The notes: a model not told the origin generated them from the sequence alone. DNA of 64,000 nt from an uncultured Verrucomicrobiae bacterium (GCA_963845665.1 CAWJTA010000003.1:767518-831517), one strand, 5' to 3'. Shown: positions 38,047 to 49,491, counted from the stretch's first letter. Numbers and translations: made by a program.

Positions 38047-39123
38047 TTACACCACCTTCGCGTTGCCTTTGCCCTTAACAATTTCTCCGATGACCCACGC
38101 ATCATGCTTGCGCCCACGAATAAACTTCAAAACGGCATTCGCCTTGTCCGCCGCTGCAATGGCCACCATGCCTACACCCATATTGAAGACTTGATACAAT
38201 TCCTCATTCGGCACGCCGCCCTTGCTTTCGATCCATTTGAATATCGGCAGCATATCCCAAGAACCTTTGCGAATCACCGCGTCACACTTCCCGGGCAGCA
38301 CGCGCGGAATATTATCCACAAACCCGCCGCCGGTAATGTGCGCAAAGGCCCGGATGGGCAGTTTCGAATTTTGTCCCGCTTTCCGGGAGAGTTGCGAGTT
38401 GAAGCGCTTTACAAGCGCCTGCACGAGTGGACCGTAGCTTACGTGAACTTTCAGAAGCTCATCTCCGATGGTGTTGTTTAGCTCCGGAACGCGGCTATCA
38501 AATTTCAGGCCCATTTGCTCGAAGAAAATCTTTCGCGCGAGTGAATAACCGTTCGTATGCAGTCCGCTGGACGCGATCCCTATGATGGCATCGCCAGGAC
38601 TGACGGTCTTTTGTCCGTTCAGCATCCGAGACTTCTCGACGACCCCGACAATCGTGCCGCTGACGTCATATTCACCGGCCTGATAAAAGCCGGGCATCTG
38701 CGCCGTCTCGCCGCCGATGAGCGTGCAATGATTTTCCGCGCAGGCGCGCGCAAAGCCCTTAATGACTTCTGTAAAAACGTGGGGCTCCAATTTACCCGTC
38801 CCGAGGTAATCGAGGAAGAATAACGGCTCGGCCCCCAGAACGGCGATGTCATTGACGCAATGGTTCACCAAATCTGCGCCGATGGTGTCGTGCCGGTTCA
38901 TTGCGAAAGCGATTTTGAGTTTGGTGCCCACGCCATCCACTGACGATACCAGCACCGGCTCGCGATATTTCCTGACGTCCAGCGCAAATAATCCCCCGAA
39001 ACCACCCACTTTGCCGAGAACTTCGCGGCGATGCGTCGAAGCCAGCAATTGCGGCAACGTGGATTTGACCTTATTGCCCAAATCAATGTCAACGCCGGCG
39101 GCGGCGTATGCTTTTTGTTTCAT
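38047..39123 (-). CDS. purM: Phosphoribosylformylglycinamidine cyclo-ligase (AIR synthetase)
   Basis: YAAAGVDI, GGFGGLF, DGVGTK, GGETAQMPG, SSGLHTNGYSL, AHITGGG, VFNMGVG. Confidence 0.97.
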   Translation of the reverse strand: MKQKAYAAAGVDIDLGNKVKSTLPQLLASTHRREVLGKVGGFGGLFALDVRKYREPVLVSSVDGVGTKLKIAFAMNRHDTIGADLVNHCVNDIAVLGAEPLFFLDYLGTGKLEPHVFTEVIKGFARACAENHCTLIGGETAQMPGFYQAGEYDVSGTIVGVVEKSRMLNGQKTVSPGDAIIGIASSGLHTNGYSLARKIFFEQMGLKFDSRVPELNNTIGDELLKVHVSYGPLVQALVKRFNSQLSRKAGQNSKLPIRAFAHITGGGFVDNIPRVLPGKCDAVIRKGSWDMLPIFKWIESKGGVPNEELYQVFNMGVGMVAIAAADKANAVLKFIRGRKHDAWVIGEIVKGKGNAKVV

Positions 39124-39277
39124 GCCCGGGAATTATAGCTCAGTCCACCGTCATCAGTCCACAGTCCTTACGATTCGGCTGTCACAACAGTGGGCCCTGA
39201 ATTGTGGATTCCACCGGTCAAATTTGTAAATCCAGCAGTATGAGTTATACTGTCGCCTTAAGGAGGTTTAATATCAT

Positions 39278-40420
39278 ATGCCAAGTCAGGTCTGGACAAA
39301 ATGCCGCTACCAAATTGTTTGCGTGGCATTTATCGGTTTGGTGTTGGTCGTTGACGGCTGCGAAAAAAAGCCGGCGCCGCCGCCACAGGAAGTCCTGACT
39401 ATGACTACCACACCCCGAAATGTGGCCATTACCGACGAATGGATTGGCACGCTTACAGGTTTTGTAAATGCGCAGATACGCGCGCAGGTGACCGGCTATT
39501 TGCTTACCCAAAATTATGCGGAGGGCAGCATCGTTAAGCGGGATGACGTGCTGTTTCAAATTGATCCACGGCCCTTTCAGGCAACGCTGGACCAGGCACT
39601 GGCAAAATTGGCGCAGGACCAGGCGCAGCAGGGCGAAACCGAGCTGAATGTGAAGCTCTACACACCGCTGGCAAAGGAACAAGCCATTAGCCAACAGGAG
39701 TTGGGCGACGAGGTCCAGGCGGACCTCGCGGCGAAGGCGCAAATCAAGGTGGACGACGCGAACATTGAGACCGCACGGATCAATTTGGGATTCACCAAAA
39801 TCAAATCACCGGTCGCCGGCCTCGCCGGCCTCGCGCTTGGACAAATCGGCGATTTAGTCAGCCAATCAGGTCCGCTCCTGACGACTGTTTCACAGATCAA
39901 TCCCATCAAGGTCTACTTCCAGGTCAGCGAACAATCATATCTGACTTTTTGGCGGCGCTATATCACTGCCGCCGGTTCGGCCAATACCAATGCCGGTCTT
40001 CCGCTGCAACTGGTTCTTTCGGACGGTTCACTCTATCCCGAAAATGGAAGGGTTTTTTTCGCCGATAGACAAGTCAACCCCGATACCGGCACATTGCAAA
40101 TGGTGGGCCTGTTTTCAAACGCGGACTTCATTTTGCGGCCCGGCCAATATGGGCGCGTTCGCGCGCAGACGCACGTCGAAACCAACGCCATCGTCCTGCC
40201 ACAACGGGCGGTGGACGAATTGCAGGACGCCTATCGGGTGGCCGTCGTCGGGCCGACCAATACCGTTCATATTCAACGGGTAACCGTCGGACCGCAGATC
40301 GGTTCAGACTGGATCATAGAGGGCGGCCTTAAACCCGGCGACCGCGTCGTCGTGGAAGGTATGCAAAAATTAAAGGAAGGGATGCTCGTCAATCCCAAAC
40401 CTTTTTCAGACCAACCTTAA
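39278..40420 (+). CDS. RND efflux periplasmic adaptor (MFP)
   Basis: Lipoprotein-like Cys; IRAQVTGYL, LFQIDPRPF, IKSPVAG, GLKPGDRVVVEG. Confidence 0.93.
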   Translation: MPSQVWTKCRYQIVCVAFIGLVLVVDGCEKKPAPPPQEVLTMTTTPRNVAITDEWIGTLTGFVNAQIRAQVTGYLLTQNYAEGSIVKRDDVLFQIDPRPFQATLDQALAKLAQDQAQQGETELNVKLYTPLAKEQAISQQELGDEVQADLAAKAQIKVDDANIETARINLGFTKIKSPVAGLAGLALGQIGDLVSQSGPLLTTVSQINPIKVYFQVSEQSYLTFWRRYITAAGSANTNAGLPLQLVLSDGSLYPENGRVFFADRQVNPDTGTLQMVGLFSNADFILRPGQYGRVRAQTHVETNAIVLPQRAVDELQDAYRVAVVGPTNTVHIQRVTVGPQIGSDWIIEGGLKPGDRVVVEGMQKLKEGMLVNPKPFSDQP

Positions 40421-40446
40421 CCAACCCGGCTTCACAACCACGACAC

Positions 40447-43400
40447 ATGTATCGCTTTTTCATCAATCGCCCGATTGTTGCCATGGTTATCGCCATCTTA
40501 ATGGTTATCGTCGGCGCGGTCTCCATGACGACCCTCCCGGTCGCCCAATTCCCGCAAATCGCTCCTCCCGAAATGAGCATCCGAACCACCTACGTGGGCG
40601 GAGACGCAAAAACGGTCACCGATTCCGTGGCCGAACCCATCGAGGAACAAATGGCCGGTGTGGACGACATGAACTACATGTATTCCATCAACGCCAACAA
40701 TGGCTCCGTGCGCATGGGCGTTAATTTCGACGTCAAGACTGACCCGAACATTGATCTCGTCCTGACGCAACTGCGCGAAAAACAGGCCGAAGACCAATTG
40801 CCCATTGATGTGCGCAACTTCGGAATCACCATTATAAAGTCACCCACGACCCCCATGATGATTATTGGGCTCTATTCGCCCAATGGGACGCACGATTCGA
40901 CGTTTCTCGCCAATTACGCCTACATCAATCTGGTCGACCAAATCAGCGAATCCAAAGGCATTTCCAATGTCCAGGTCTTCGGCGCCGGACAATATGCGAT
41001 GCGCTTTTGGGTCAAGCCCGACCAACTCGCGAAACTAAACATTACCGTCAACGACATCATCAACGCCATCAACGCTCAGAATACCGTCAATCCAGTCGGC
41101 CAGGTCGGCGGCCCGCCCACGCCAGCGGGACAGGAATACACCTACACGGCCCTTGCCCAGGGGCGTCTGGTCTCTGAAAAAGATTTTGAACAGATCGTCA
41201 TCCGTGAAAACTCGGACGGCTCGGTCGTCCGTCTCAAAGACATCGCCCGCGTCGAGTTGGGCGCGCAAGTTTACACCTTTAGCGGCCACTTGAACGGAAA
41301 GCCTTCGGCCATTCTGGCCATCTATCAATTGCCCGGTTCAAACGCTCTTGATGCCCAGCGCGGCGTTACCAAGCTCATGAAGGAATTCAGGAAGCGATTT
41401 CCGCCCGACCTGGAATACGTCGTTTCGCTCGACACGACACTTGCCGTTTCCGCAGGAATCCACGACATCATGCGGACCCTGATTATCGCGTTGATCCTGG
41501 TCATCATCGTCGTCTTCATCTTTCTCCAAGGTTGGCGGGCGTCACTCATTCCCCTGTGCGCCGTACCCGTCTCGCTCATTGGCACGTTTGCGATCTTTCC
41601 GCTCTTTGGCTTTTCCATCAATACCCTCTCGCTTTTCGGATTGGTCCTGGCCATTGGCCTGGTTGTGGACGATGCCATTGTCGTCGTCGAAGCCACCGAA
41701 CGGCACATTGAAGAAGGATTTCCGCCCAAAGACGCCGCCCTCAAAGCCATGCATGAAGTGGCCGGCCCGGTGGTCTCGCTCGCCCTGATCATGGCCGCTG
41801 TTTTTATTCCGACCATTTTCATTTCCGGAATTACGGGCCGCCTGTACCAGCAATTCGCGCTGACGATGGTTATTTCGGTCATGCTCTCGGCGTTCAACGC
41901 GCTGTCGCTCAGTCCGGCGCTCGCCGCGAAACTGCTCAAGCCCAAGCCAAAAGATGAACCGCGCGGCCCGTTGGGAAAGTTCTATGCCAGGTTCAACAAA
42001 ACGTTTGATAGAACCCGCGACCATTACACCAGCCTGACGGACCGGCTTATCTGCAGGAGCGCTTTCGTGCTGGTCTTTCTGGCCGTTGTTGCCGCGGTCT
42101 CGCTCCTCCTGGGGGCGCATTTGCCATCGTCATTTTTGCCCCAGGAAGACCAGGGCTACATCTACGCCGTGGCCCAGTTGCCATATGCATCGTCACTGAA
42201 TCGGACCGACGGCGTCTGTAAAAAGATCGAAGACATTGTCCAAAAGACCCCCGGCGTTCAATATTGCACGACGGTGGAAGGATTCAGTCTGCTGAGCCAA
42301 TTGCAGGCCACCTATAACGCCTTCTTTTTCATCACGTTTAAACCCTGGAACGAGCGCAGGAGAGGCAGCGAGCAATTCGATGGCATTTTAGCGCATCTGA
42401 ACGCCGAATTCGCGAAATTGCCAGAGGCCAACGCCATCGCCTTTCCACCCCCGGACATTCCGGGCGTCGGCACAGCCGGTGGAATCACCTTCATGCTCGA
42501 AGACCGGTCGGGCAGGCAGGACCTCAGCTTTCTCACGCAAAATGTCAATCAATTCATGGATGCCATCCGCAAGCGTCCCGAACTGACCGGCGTCAATACG
42601 ACCTATTTGCCGGAAGTCCCGCAGATTTTCTTCGACGTCGACCGGGACAAAGTGTTGAAGCAAGGCGTCGCGGTGAATGACGTTTATCGCACGTTGCAAA
42701 CATTTATGGGCGGGTATTTCGTCAATTATTTCAACCGTTTTGGACGCCAATGGCAGGTCTATATCCAGGCGGAGGAGCAATACCGCGCGGACGCGAGTTC
42801 CATAGGACAGTTCTACGTGCGCAACAATCAGGGCCAGGCATTGCCCCTGACGGCCTTCACGAACGTCCGGCACATCACCGGTCCAGAATACATCCTGCAC
42901 TATAACGAATATCCCTGCGCGCAAATCAATGCCACAGCAGCCCACGGCTATAGTTCCGGACAAGCCATGGCTGCCCTCCAACAGGTCTACGCGCAAACGA
43001 TGCCCAGTGGCATGGGCTACGATTATTTCGGCATGTCGTATCAGGAACAAAAGGCGGCGCAAGGGACCTCGCCCGGCCTGGTGTTCGGTCTCTCCGTCAT
43101 TTGCGTCTTCCTGATCCTCGCCGCGCAATTCGAAAGCTGGACCTTGCCTGTGAGCGTTCTCCTGGGAACGCCGCTGGCCGTCATCGGCGCGTTCCTGGCG
43201 CTGTATGCGCGCGGTTTTCAAAATACCGTCTATGTGCAGATCGGCATGATCATGCTCATCGGCCTGGCCGCCAAAAATGCCATCCTCATCGTCGCCTTTG
43301 CCAAAGCCGAATATGAAAAAGGAGAAACCGTTACCGAAGCTGCGCTCAACGGCGCGCGTATCCGCCTGCGCCCTATTCTTATGACCTCATTTGCGTTTAT

Positions 43401-43614
43401 CCTCGGCTGCGTCCCGCTCTGGATTGCGTCTGGTTCCGGCGCAGCCTCGCGCCAGGTATTGGGAACGGTCGTCATTGGCGGAATGCTGACCGCAGTATTT
43501 TTCGGCGTCTTTTTCACTCCGGTCGCGTTTTCACTCGTCGAACAGGGAATTGTGCGCTGCAGCAAAACAGCCAGGGAAAAACACGAGAATATTCCGCCCG
43601 AACCCACTGGATGA
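40447..43614 (+). CDS. RND efflux permease (HAE1 / AcrB family)
   Basis: FFINRPIVA, GLVVDDAIVVVE, AKNAILIV, RLRPILMTS; 1055 aa. Confidence 0.96.
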   Translation: MYRFFINRPIVAMVIAILMVIVGAVSMTTLPVAQFPQIAPPEMSIRTTYVGGDAKTVTDSVAEPIEEQMAGVDDMNYMYSINANNGSVRMGVNFDVKTDPNIDLVLTQLREKQAEDQLPIDVRNFGITIIKSPTTPMMIIGLYSPNGTHDSTFLANYAYINLVDQISESKGISNVQVFGAGQYAMRFWVKPDQLAKLNITVNDIINAINAQNTVNPVGQVGGPPTPAGQEYTYTALAQGRLVSEKDFEQIVIRENSDGSVVRLKDIARVELGAQVYTFSGHLNGKPSAILAIYQLPGSNALDAQRGVTKLMKEFRKRFPPDLEYVVSLDTTLAVSAGIHDIMRTLIIALILVIIVVFIFLQGWRASLIPLCAVPVSLIGTFAIFPLFGFSINTLSLFGLVLAIGLVVDDAIVVVEATERHIEEGFPPKDAALKAMHEVAGPVVSLALIMAAVFIPTIFISGITGRLYQQFALTMVISVMLSAFNALSLSPALAAKLLKPKPKDEPRGPLGKFYARFNKTFDRTRDHYTSLTDRLICRSAFVLVFLAVVAAVSLLLGAHLPSSFLPQEDQGYIYAVAQLPYASSLNRTDGVCKKIEDIVQKTPGVQYCTTVEGFSLLSQLQATYNAFFFITFKPWNERRRGSEQFDGILAHLNAEFAKLPEANAIAFPPPDIPGVGTAGGITFMLEDRSGRQDLSFLTQNVNQFMDAIRKRPELTGVNTTYLPEVPQIFFDVDRDKVLKQGVAVNDVYRTLQTFMGGYFVNYFNRFGRQWQVYIQAEEQYRADASSIGQFYVRNNQGQALPLTAFTNVRHITGPEYILHYNEYPCAQINATAAHGYSSGQAMAALQQVYAQTMPSGMGYDYFGMSYQEQKAAQGTSPGLVFGLSVICVFLILAAQFESWTLPVSVLLGTPLAVIGAFLALYARGFQNTVYVQIGMIMLIGLAAKNAILIVAFAKAEYEKGETVTEAALNGARIRLRPILMTSFAFILGCVPLWIASGSGAASRQVLGTVVIGGMLTAVFFGVFFTPVAFSLVEQGIVRCSKTAREKHENIPPEPTG

Positions 43615-45095
43615 GCACAGAATTGGAAGATAAAAGACGGAAGATGGCAGATGGAAGTCGGCTGCACGCTCGACCGTCTTCTATCTTCTATCTACTATGT
43701 TCTATCCTCGTCGTCGCAGGCTGCGCCGTCGGCCCCAATTATCACCGTCCGCCGGCAAACACGCCCGCGATATTCCGTGGCGAGACCGAAATTTCAACCA
43801 ACACATTTGCGGATTTGCCGTGGTGGCAGGTTTTTCACGATACCAATTTGCAAAGCCTCATTGGCATCGCCTTGACAAACAATTATGACTTGCGAATTGC
43901 GTTTTCCCGCGAGGAACAGGCCCGGCAATTGGTTTTTGAAACACGCTCCGAGCTTTTCCCCCAGGCCAATTACGACGGAACCGCCGCACGCGGCAAAAAT
44001 GTCATCAATACCACTCCCTTCCCTTCCGCCCCGGGGGGCGCAAGGAGCGCAGAGAACGGTTATTTTGTTGGCTACCTCGAAGCATCGTGGGAAGTGGATT
44101 TGTGGGGACGGGTCCGCAGGCTGACCGAGTCGCAACGAGCCCAATATTTTGCCGCCCGGGAGGCCCGACGTGACATTACCATTTCGCTCATTTCCCAGGT
44201 TGCCCAGGACTATTTCCAGTTGCTCGCCCTGGACCGGCAACTGCAAATCGCCCGCGATACCACAAATTCCTTTGGCCAAAGTCTCAAGCTCTTCAATGAA
44301 GAATTAAAGGGCGGCGTCGCCTCGAGATTGGAAACTGCGGCAGCCGAAGCGCTTATGGAATCTGCCGCCGCGACCATTCCGGACTTTGAACGCCAGATTG
44401 TTTTGCAGGAAAACCAACTGAGCGTCCTGCTCGGACAAAACCCCGAAATCATTCAGCGGACCAGTTCCTCGTTGGAAAGTCAGGGGGTTCCGGCCATTCC
44501 CGCGGGTCTGCCATCGGCCCTGCTGGGGCGGCGTCCTGATATTCGCGAAGCCGAACAGGAATTGCGTTCGGCCAACGCGCAAGTCGGCGTCGCCATCGCC
44601 AATTTCTTTCCGCAAATCAGCCTGACCGCCCTGTTCGGCCAGGCCAGTCCGGCATTGACCGCCATTACCGCTGGTACCGGTCGTGCCTGGGGCTGGTCCG
44701 CGGAATTGGCGGGACCGCTCTTCCGCGCCGGTCAGTATAAGGCGCTGTATCGGGAAGCCAAAGCTGCCCGCGAAGAATCTCTTCTGCAATATGACCTAAC
44801 CATCCTCAATGCCTTTCAGGAAGTGTCCGACGCCATTATATCGTTCCAGAAATACGGCATCGCATTTTCGGAACAGGCCCGAGCCGTATCCGCCTATCAG
44901 GACGCGGTCCACGTGGCCACCGAACGTTATCGCCTGGGTAATGCCAATTACTATGAAGTCCTGCAGCAACAACAGGAATTATTTCCGGCGGAAAACACGC
45001 TCGTGCAAACACGGCTCAATCAATTGACTGAGGTTGTGCAACTCTACCGCGCTCTCGGCGGCGGTTGGAGTGATCCGCTGCCAGGGATGCATTGA
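43611..45095 (+). CDS. Outer membrane efflux lipoprotein (NodT/OprM family)
   Basis: VAGCAVGPNY lipobox, SWEVDLWG, RRPDIREAE, LYRALGGGW. Confidence 0.94.
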   Translation: MSTELEDKRRKMADGSRLHARPSSIFYLLCSILVVAGCAVGPNYHRPPANTPAIFRGETEISTNTFADLPWWQVFHDTNLQSLIGIALTNNYDLRIAFSREEQARQLVFETRSELFPQANYDGTAARGKNVINTTPFPSAPGGARSAENGYFVGYLEASWEVDLWGRVRRLTESQRAQYFAAREARRDITISLISQVAQDYFQLLALDRQLQIARDTTNSFGQSLKLFNEELKGGVASRLETAAAEALMESAAATIPDFERQIVLQENQLSVLLGQNPEIIQRTSSSLESQGVPAIPAGLPSALLGRRPDIREAEQELRSANAQVGVAIANFFPQISLTALFGQASPALTAITAGTGRAWGWSAELAGPLFRAGQYKALYREAKAAREESLLQYDLTILNAFQEVSDAIISFQKYGIAFSEQARAVSAYQDAVHVATERYRLGNANYYEVLQQQQELFPAENTLVQTRLNQLTEVVQLYRALGGGWSDPLPGMH

Positions 45096-45133
45096 ACTCA
45101 TGCAAAGGCCCGGCCGCCTTGTATATTCTTCCA

Positions 45134-47941
45134 TCAAGGCGTGATAATCCGATAATACCCACGTGGATTGGAGCCGATGGTGGTGGTCACGCTGAGGGTT
45201 GGCCCGGTGGCCGTATTTGTTGACAGGTTAATCCAATCGGGTGAACGCAGGCTTGTGGAATATTGGACCTGATACACCTGCCCGGAGACGGTGTTCCATG
45301 TCAACGCAATGGTATTCGGACTCGCCTGAGCGATGCTCAAGTCGATGTTCGGACTGTTGACCGATCCGGTCGGCATAAGCGTTATGTCGTCCAGAGCAAA
45401 AAAGTTGCCCCACCCGAGCAAACTATTGTTGAGGGTGTCCGCGCTTTGGTCGCTCCGGGCGCCAAATTGGAGGATTGTATTAGTGCTGGAGGCGGTCAAA
45501 GACACAACCACGTTGGACCAGTCAAAGCCTTCGGTGTCTGAAAAACTATAAACCGTGTTTGGCGTACCGCTGTTTGCGTTCCAATTGACAAGGAATCGCT
45601 CGGTCGGTGTCCCATCCGGGGCGTTCCACAGCCAGAATGAAAGCGTGTAGCTCTGTCCCGGGACGGTCGCAATGTTTTGTGAAATGTAGCCATACGTTCC
45701 GGGGGTACCAAAAGCACAAAAATTGGTGCCCGAATGGGGAGAGGGGGCAGCAGAAGCAAAGCTGGTAAGCGTGCCATCATCAACAAAATCGAAATTGAAA
45801 GTGGGATATGGTATCTCATCATACATTCCAATGCCGCCGGTTTGCACCCAGTTCGGCAGCGCGGCTGGATATTCTTCGAAGCCGCCGTTCAGGACCAAAT
45901 TCTGCCCGGCCACCAGGACAAATTCACGGGTGCGCGCGGCGTGGCTGGTTTGATTCGAGAACCACACGCCTGCGGTATAGGTGCCGGGAGGCAGGGAGTT
46001 GGCTGAGGCATTCAAGCTTACCGTCGCGTGAGTGCCTGAATGAGAGGCCAGCGCGCCACTGGACGCAGAAACACTGAGCCACGAGGATGTATTTATGAGG
46101 GACCAGTTCAAGGAGCTGGCGCTGGAATTCGTTAGTGAAAATGTCAGGGTGTTGGCGCTAAAAGCCCCGTTCGTCGGGCCAATTGCGACGAATCCTTTGC
46201 CGGGCGAAATCTGCAGTGGATCTGCCACTCCGGCCAGCATATCAATCAGGTTGTCGCCCGACGGCGTTCCCCACCCGGTGCACAGGTCATAGCCGGGGAT
46301 AGCGGGAAAACTGGTCACGTTGTAAGCCCAAAAATTGTTGCCCGTCGTAATATCGTTGAAATCGGAGAGATAGCTGGCGCTTTTGCCCGCAGCATAGATT
46401 GCCGGAGCGGCGAACCCAACCGACGGCTTGCTATAGGCCGTGGCTTGCTCGTTTGCCAGCGCAGTGAAGGCAGCCCATGCGGGCGCCGCGCAACTGGTGC
46501 CGCCAACGGTTTCATCCGTGCCATCTTCGGCCTCTACAAAAACGTTGTCCGCCGTCATGGCCACGTCCGGAACGTTCCGCATCGTTGTCGAACCTGCATT
46601 CGCCGTCATGCTGATGTTCGTTTGCCAGCTCGGAATGGAATAATTCACACTGACACCGCCGGAACTGCCGATGCTGTTGTCGGCCAGGCCGGAGCCGCCC
46701 CAGTCCCAGGTGGTTTCACTCACCCACGCGCCGCCCGGCCCGCTGGTATTGACAGTTGTGCCGCCGACTTCGGTGATGTTGGTGCTCTCGGATGGAAACG
46801 GTATACCGCCCACGAACGAATCGCCGTCGCCCGAGGCGTTGTAGAACGACTGCCCTTGCGCATCCATCTGTTTGAAAATGTTTTCGGCCGTCACGTTTGG
46901 GACGTCCGGCGATGAATCGCCCCATGAACAACTGAATTGTTTCGGTGAATTCACCGTATCATTTGCCATGGCATCCAGGAGGTCTTCCCAACTGGCCGTG
47001 GCCGGAGCTTCATAAACGACAATTTGGGTCAAGCCCGGCGCGATGGACATGGCGACTTCAATGTCCAGCGATACTTCGTCGTCGCCGGATCCGGGAGTGT
47101 TGACGCCACCATCCACGTTAACGACAGTTTGCGGAACAGACACTCCGGCAAGACTTTCGTAAGTAGAAATGTCGCTCGGATAATAGCCGTCATATTCCAG
47201 CAATCCCACCGTCTGTCCCGTCCCGGTCAGCGACACGCCAGGAATGTACGAAGCCCTGAAATCGTTTCCCATATAACCGCCCTCCGGTCCGGAACCAGGC
47301 CCGAATTGATGGCTTGTCGCACGGGACGCTGTATTCGCCGGCCGTTTCAAAGAGGTCATTTTCCTTATTTTCGACTGCTTTACCGCGTAATTATCCAGGC
47401 CGCTGATATGAAGGATGGGGACGCTCAAATTAAGTGATGGGACCGTGTCCGGCGCAAAAAAATTCCGGTTTTCCCTCGGATGCCGGTAAGTACGCATCGT
47501 CACATGAAAAACCCGCTCCACGTCCGCGACCGGGGCGCTAACGTCCAGGACCATGCGGGAAGAATGCTGCACCACCGTAAAACCGTTAGTGCCGAAGAAA
47601 TTCGCGACCGTTTGATAATCGGACGCCGCCGGAGCGAATTGTTCAACGAATTGCTGCCGGGTCAAGTAGTGGCGATAGTTGGGACTTGCCGGGTCGTAAA
47701 GCTGACTGAGCAGGTTGTTGAGGGCATCTTCATTGCGCAAGGGCAGGCCGATAGAAAGGTTCACGCGTGTTTCCGCAGGGAGCCGGCCGTTTGCGGACAA
47801 GTGCGGAACCGCCGAAGGAAGCGAATCTTTAAAAGATTGCGGACCTGTGTTTTGTGCGCGTGCAGGGATGGAACAAGCAACCGCAAGGGCAACAGCCATG
47901 GTCCATTGCGCGCCATTGATAAAAAGCGGGTGTTTATTCAT
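45134..47941 (-). CDS. Secreted S53 (sedolisin/kumamolisin) peptidase with prodomain, BACON-like and carbohydrate-binding-like domains and a C-terminal module
   Basis: Prodomain LYDPASPNYRHYLT; catalytic EVSLD (E-x3-D), ASGD, GGTS; Ca-site GYDLCTGWGTP. Confidence 0.9.
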   Translation of the reverse strand: MNKHPLFINGAQWTMAVALAVACSIPARAQNTGPQSFKDSLPSAVPHLSANGRLPAETRVNLSIGLPLRNEDALNNLLSQLYDPASPNYRHYLTRQQFVEQFAPAASDYQTVANFFGTNGFTVVQHSSRMVLDVSAPVADVERVFHVTMRTYRHPRENRNFFAPDTVPSLNLSVPILHISGLDNYAVKQSKIRKMTSLKRPANTASRATSHQFGPGSGPEGGYMGNDFRASYIPGVSLTGTGQTVGLLEYDGYYPSDISTYESLAGVSVPQTVVNVDGGVNTPGSGDDEVSLDIEVAMSIAPGLTQIVVYEAPATASWEDLLDAMANDTVNSPKQFSCSWGDSSPDVPNVTAENIFKQMDAQGQSFYNASGDGDSFVGGIPFPSESTNITEVGGTTVNTSGPGGAWVSETTWDWGGSGLADNSIGSSGGVSVNYSIPSWQTNISMTANAGSTTMRNVPDVAMTADNVFVEAEDGTDETVGGTSCAAPAWAAFTALANEQATAYSKPSVGFAAPAIYAAGKSASYLSDFNDITTGNNFWAYNVTSFPAIPGYDLCTGWGTPSGDNLIDMLAGVADPLQISPGKGFVAIGPTNGAFSANTLTFSLTNSSASSLNWSLINTSSWLSVSASSGALASHSGTHATVSLNASANSLPPGTYTAGVWFSNQTSHAARTREFVLVAGQNLVLNGGFEEYPAALPNWVQTGGIGMYDEIPYPTFNFDFVDDGTLTSFASAAPSPHSGTNFCAFGTPGTYGYISQNIATVPGQSYTLSFWLWNAPDGTPTERFLVNWNANSGTPNTVYSFSDTEGFDWSNVVVSLTASSTNTILQFGARSDQSADTLNNSLLGWGNFFALDDITLMPTGSVNSPNIDLSIAQASPNTIALTWNTVSGQVYQVQYSTSLRSPDWINLSTNTATGPTLSVTTTIGSNPRGYYRIITP

Positions 47942-48259
47942 AGATTTGGGGTGATTGTAGAGCCTCAAAGTAGCAGACATTGTCCGGTCGCTCAATGTGA
48001 AAGAAAGCGAAAAACCATTAATGATGGGCGCTCGTGTGTTCCCTTTGTCGCTTGGATTTTAATCGCTTACCACTACACTTCAGCGGATGCTGTCGCTGCG
48101 AAAACGGCAAACATGAATTTGGACGCAATGTGGGAACAGTCACCTGCTTCCAGCGAAGTCGGCGGTTCGAAATTGTGAACCGGTCAAAGCGGGTCGGCTT
48201 ACGCTCATGTGTTGCCCACTGGCAGCCTGACAAACTGACGAATTGCTGTTCCCGATTCT

Positions 48260-49156
48260 TCAACCCACCAGGGTGAGAATGATGCCGATCAGGATTCCCA
48301 GGACGGCGGGAAGTTTTCGCCAGCCGTTGGCTTCGCGGAAAAAGTACAGGCCGCCCGCAAACGCTACAAGGGTACTGGCGCGCCGCAGGCTCATGACCAC
48401 GGCCACCAATGCCGCAGGGTGTCGCAAGGCGCTGAAATAAAGATAATCCGCCACCAGCAGGGCCAGGGCAATTGCCGGGATACTCCAGCGCCATTGAAAT
48501 TTGTTTCGGGGCCACCAGCGCAATTTCCAGCCCAGGGCGAATGGCGCAAAGAGCGGCACCAGATAAATCGAGAACCAGCATTGCACCGTCGGCACGGAAT
48601 ATTTCAAAGTGCCCAACAGGTATTTGTCATACAGCGAGCTGACCGCCCCCAACAATACCCCGGCGATCAAAAACCAAAACCATCGATTGCGATGGAAGTG
48701 GAAACCCTCCCGGGCACCGAGCAGGGACAATCCTACGAAGGAGGCCAGCGTAGTCAGAATCCCAACGCTCTCCAAAAATGTTGGACGTTCGCCAAGGATC
48801 AAAACCGCGCCAAGGAAAGTGAACAATGGGCTCATCGCACGGATGGGACTGGCGAGCGAAATGGGGAGATGTTTCATGGCAAAATAGGTGCCCACCCATG
48901 ACGCGGCCACGATAGCCGATTTCAAAACCAGTTGCAGGTGCTGTTGCCAGGTCAGGGGATCGGTCACCAGCGAGGATGGCAGGATTCCTGGATGAACGCT
49001 TTGGATTAGATAGAGGACTATCCAGACGGTCCCACCCGTGACCGTGCTGAAAAACAGGACGGGCGTCACGGCATTCTCGCGTACGGCGTGTTTGGTGCAA
49101 AGGTCGTAAATTCCCAGGAAGACTGCGGATGCAAGGATCTCGAAAACCCAGTTCAT
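48260..49156 (-). CDS. EamA/DMT family transporter
   Basis: About 10 TM helices in two repeats; LILGER and FFREAN motifs. Confidence 0.85.
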   Translation of the reverse strand: MNWVFEILASAVFLGIYDLCTKHAVRENAVTPVLFFSTVTGGTVWIVLYLIQSVHPGILPSSLVTDPLTWQQHLQLVLKSAIVAASWVGTYFAMKHLPISLASPIRAMSPLFTFLGAVLILGERPTFLESVGILTTLASFVGLSLLGAREGFHFHRNRWFWFLIAGVLLGAVSSLYDKYLLGTLKYSVPTVQCWFSIYLVPLFAPFALGWKLRWWPRNKFQWRWSIPAIALALLVADYLYFSALRHPAALVAVVMSLRRASTLVAFAGGLYFFREANGWRKLPAVLGILIGIILTLVG

Positions 49157-49185
49157 TTAAGGATGCGGGTTACCCAATGAAAAAG

Positions 49186-49262
49186 TGGAGCGAGCGAAGG
49201 GATTCGAACCCTCGACATTCACCTTGGCAAGGTGACGCTCTACCAGACTGAGCTACGCTCGC
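49186..49262 (-). tRNA. tRNA-Gly (GCC)
   Basis: Minus strand gcgagcgtagctcagtctggtagagcg-tcacc-ttGCCaa-ggtga...ggttcgaatccc...ctcca. Confidence 0.96.
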
Positions 49263-49491
49263 ATCCAAAGTGGAACATCAATTTAGAAAAACCTTCGGGA
49301 ATAGCAAGCGGATTATTTCGATCCGGAGTTGTTTAAGCAAGTGGGCGGGGACGGCTCGTCCCCGTAAATTCAACTAATTATGGTGATATCGGTCCGCTTC
49401 CGGTGAGTTTAGGCACATCGGGCCGCTCCTTCACGAACTCCACAAACCCCCATCCAATTAACCCATCAATCCACTCATCCATTTATCGAGT

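Noticed and set aside
48106-48128. ggcaaac...ggacgcaa resembling a c-di-GMP-I riboswitch
   Set aside because: Lacks the GAAA-capped P2 stem and the P3 arm, and lies on the strand opposite to the downstream S53 gene.
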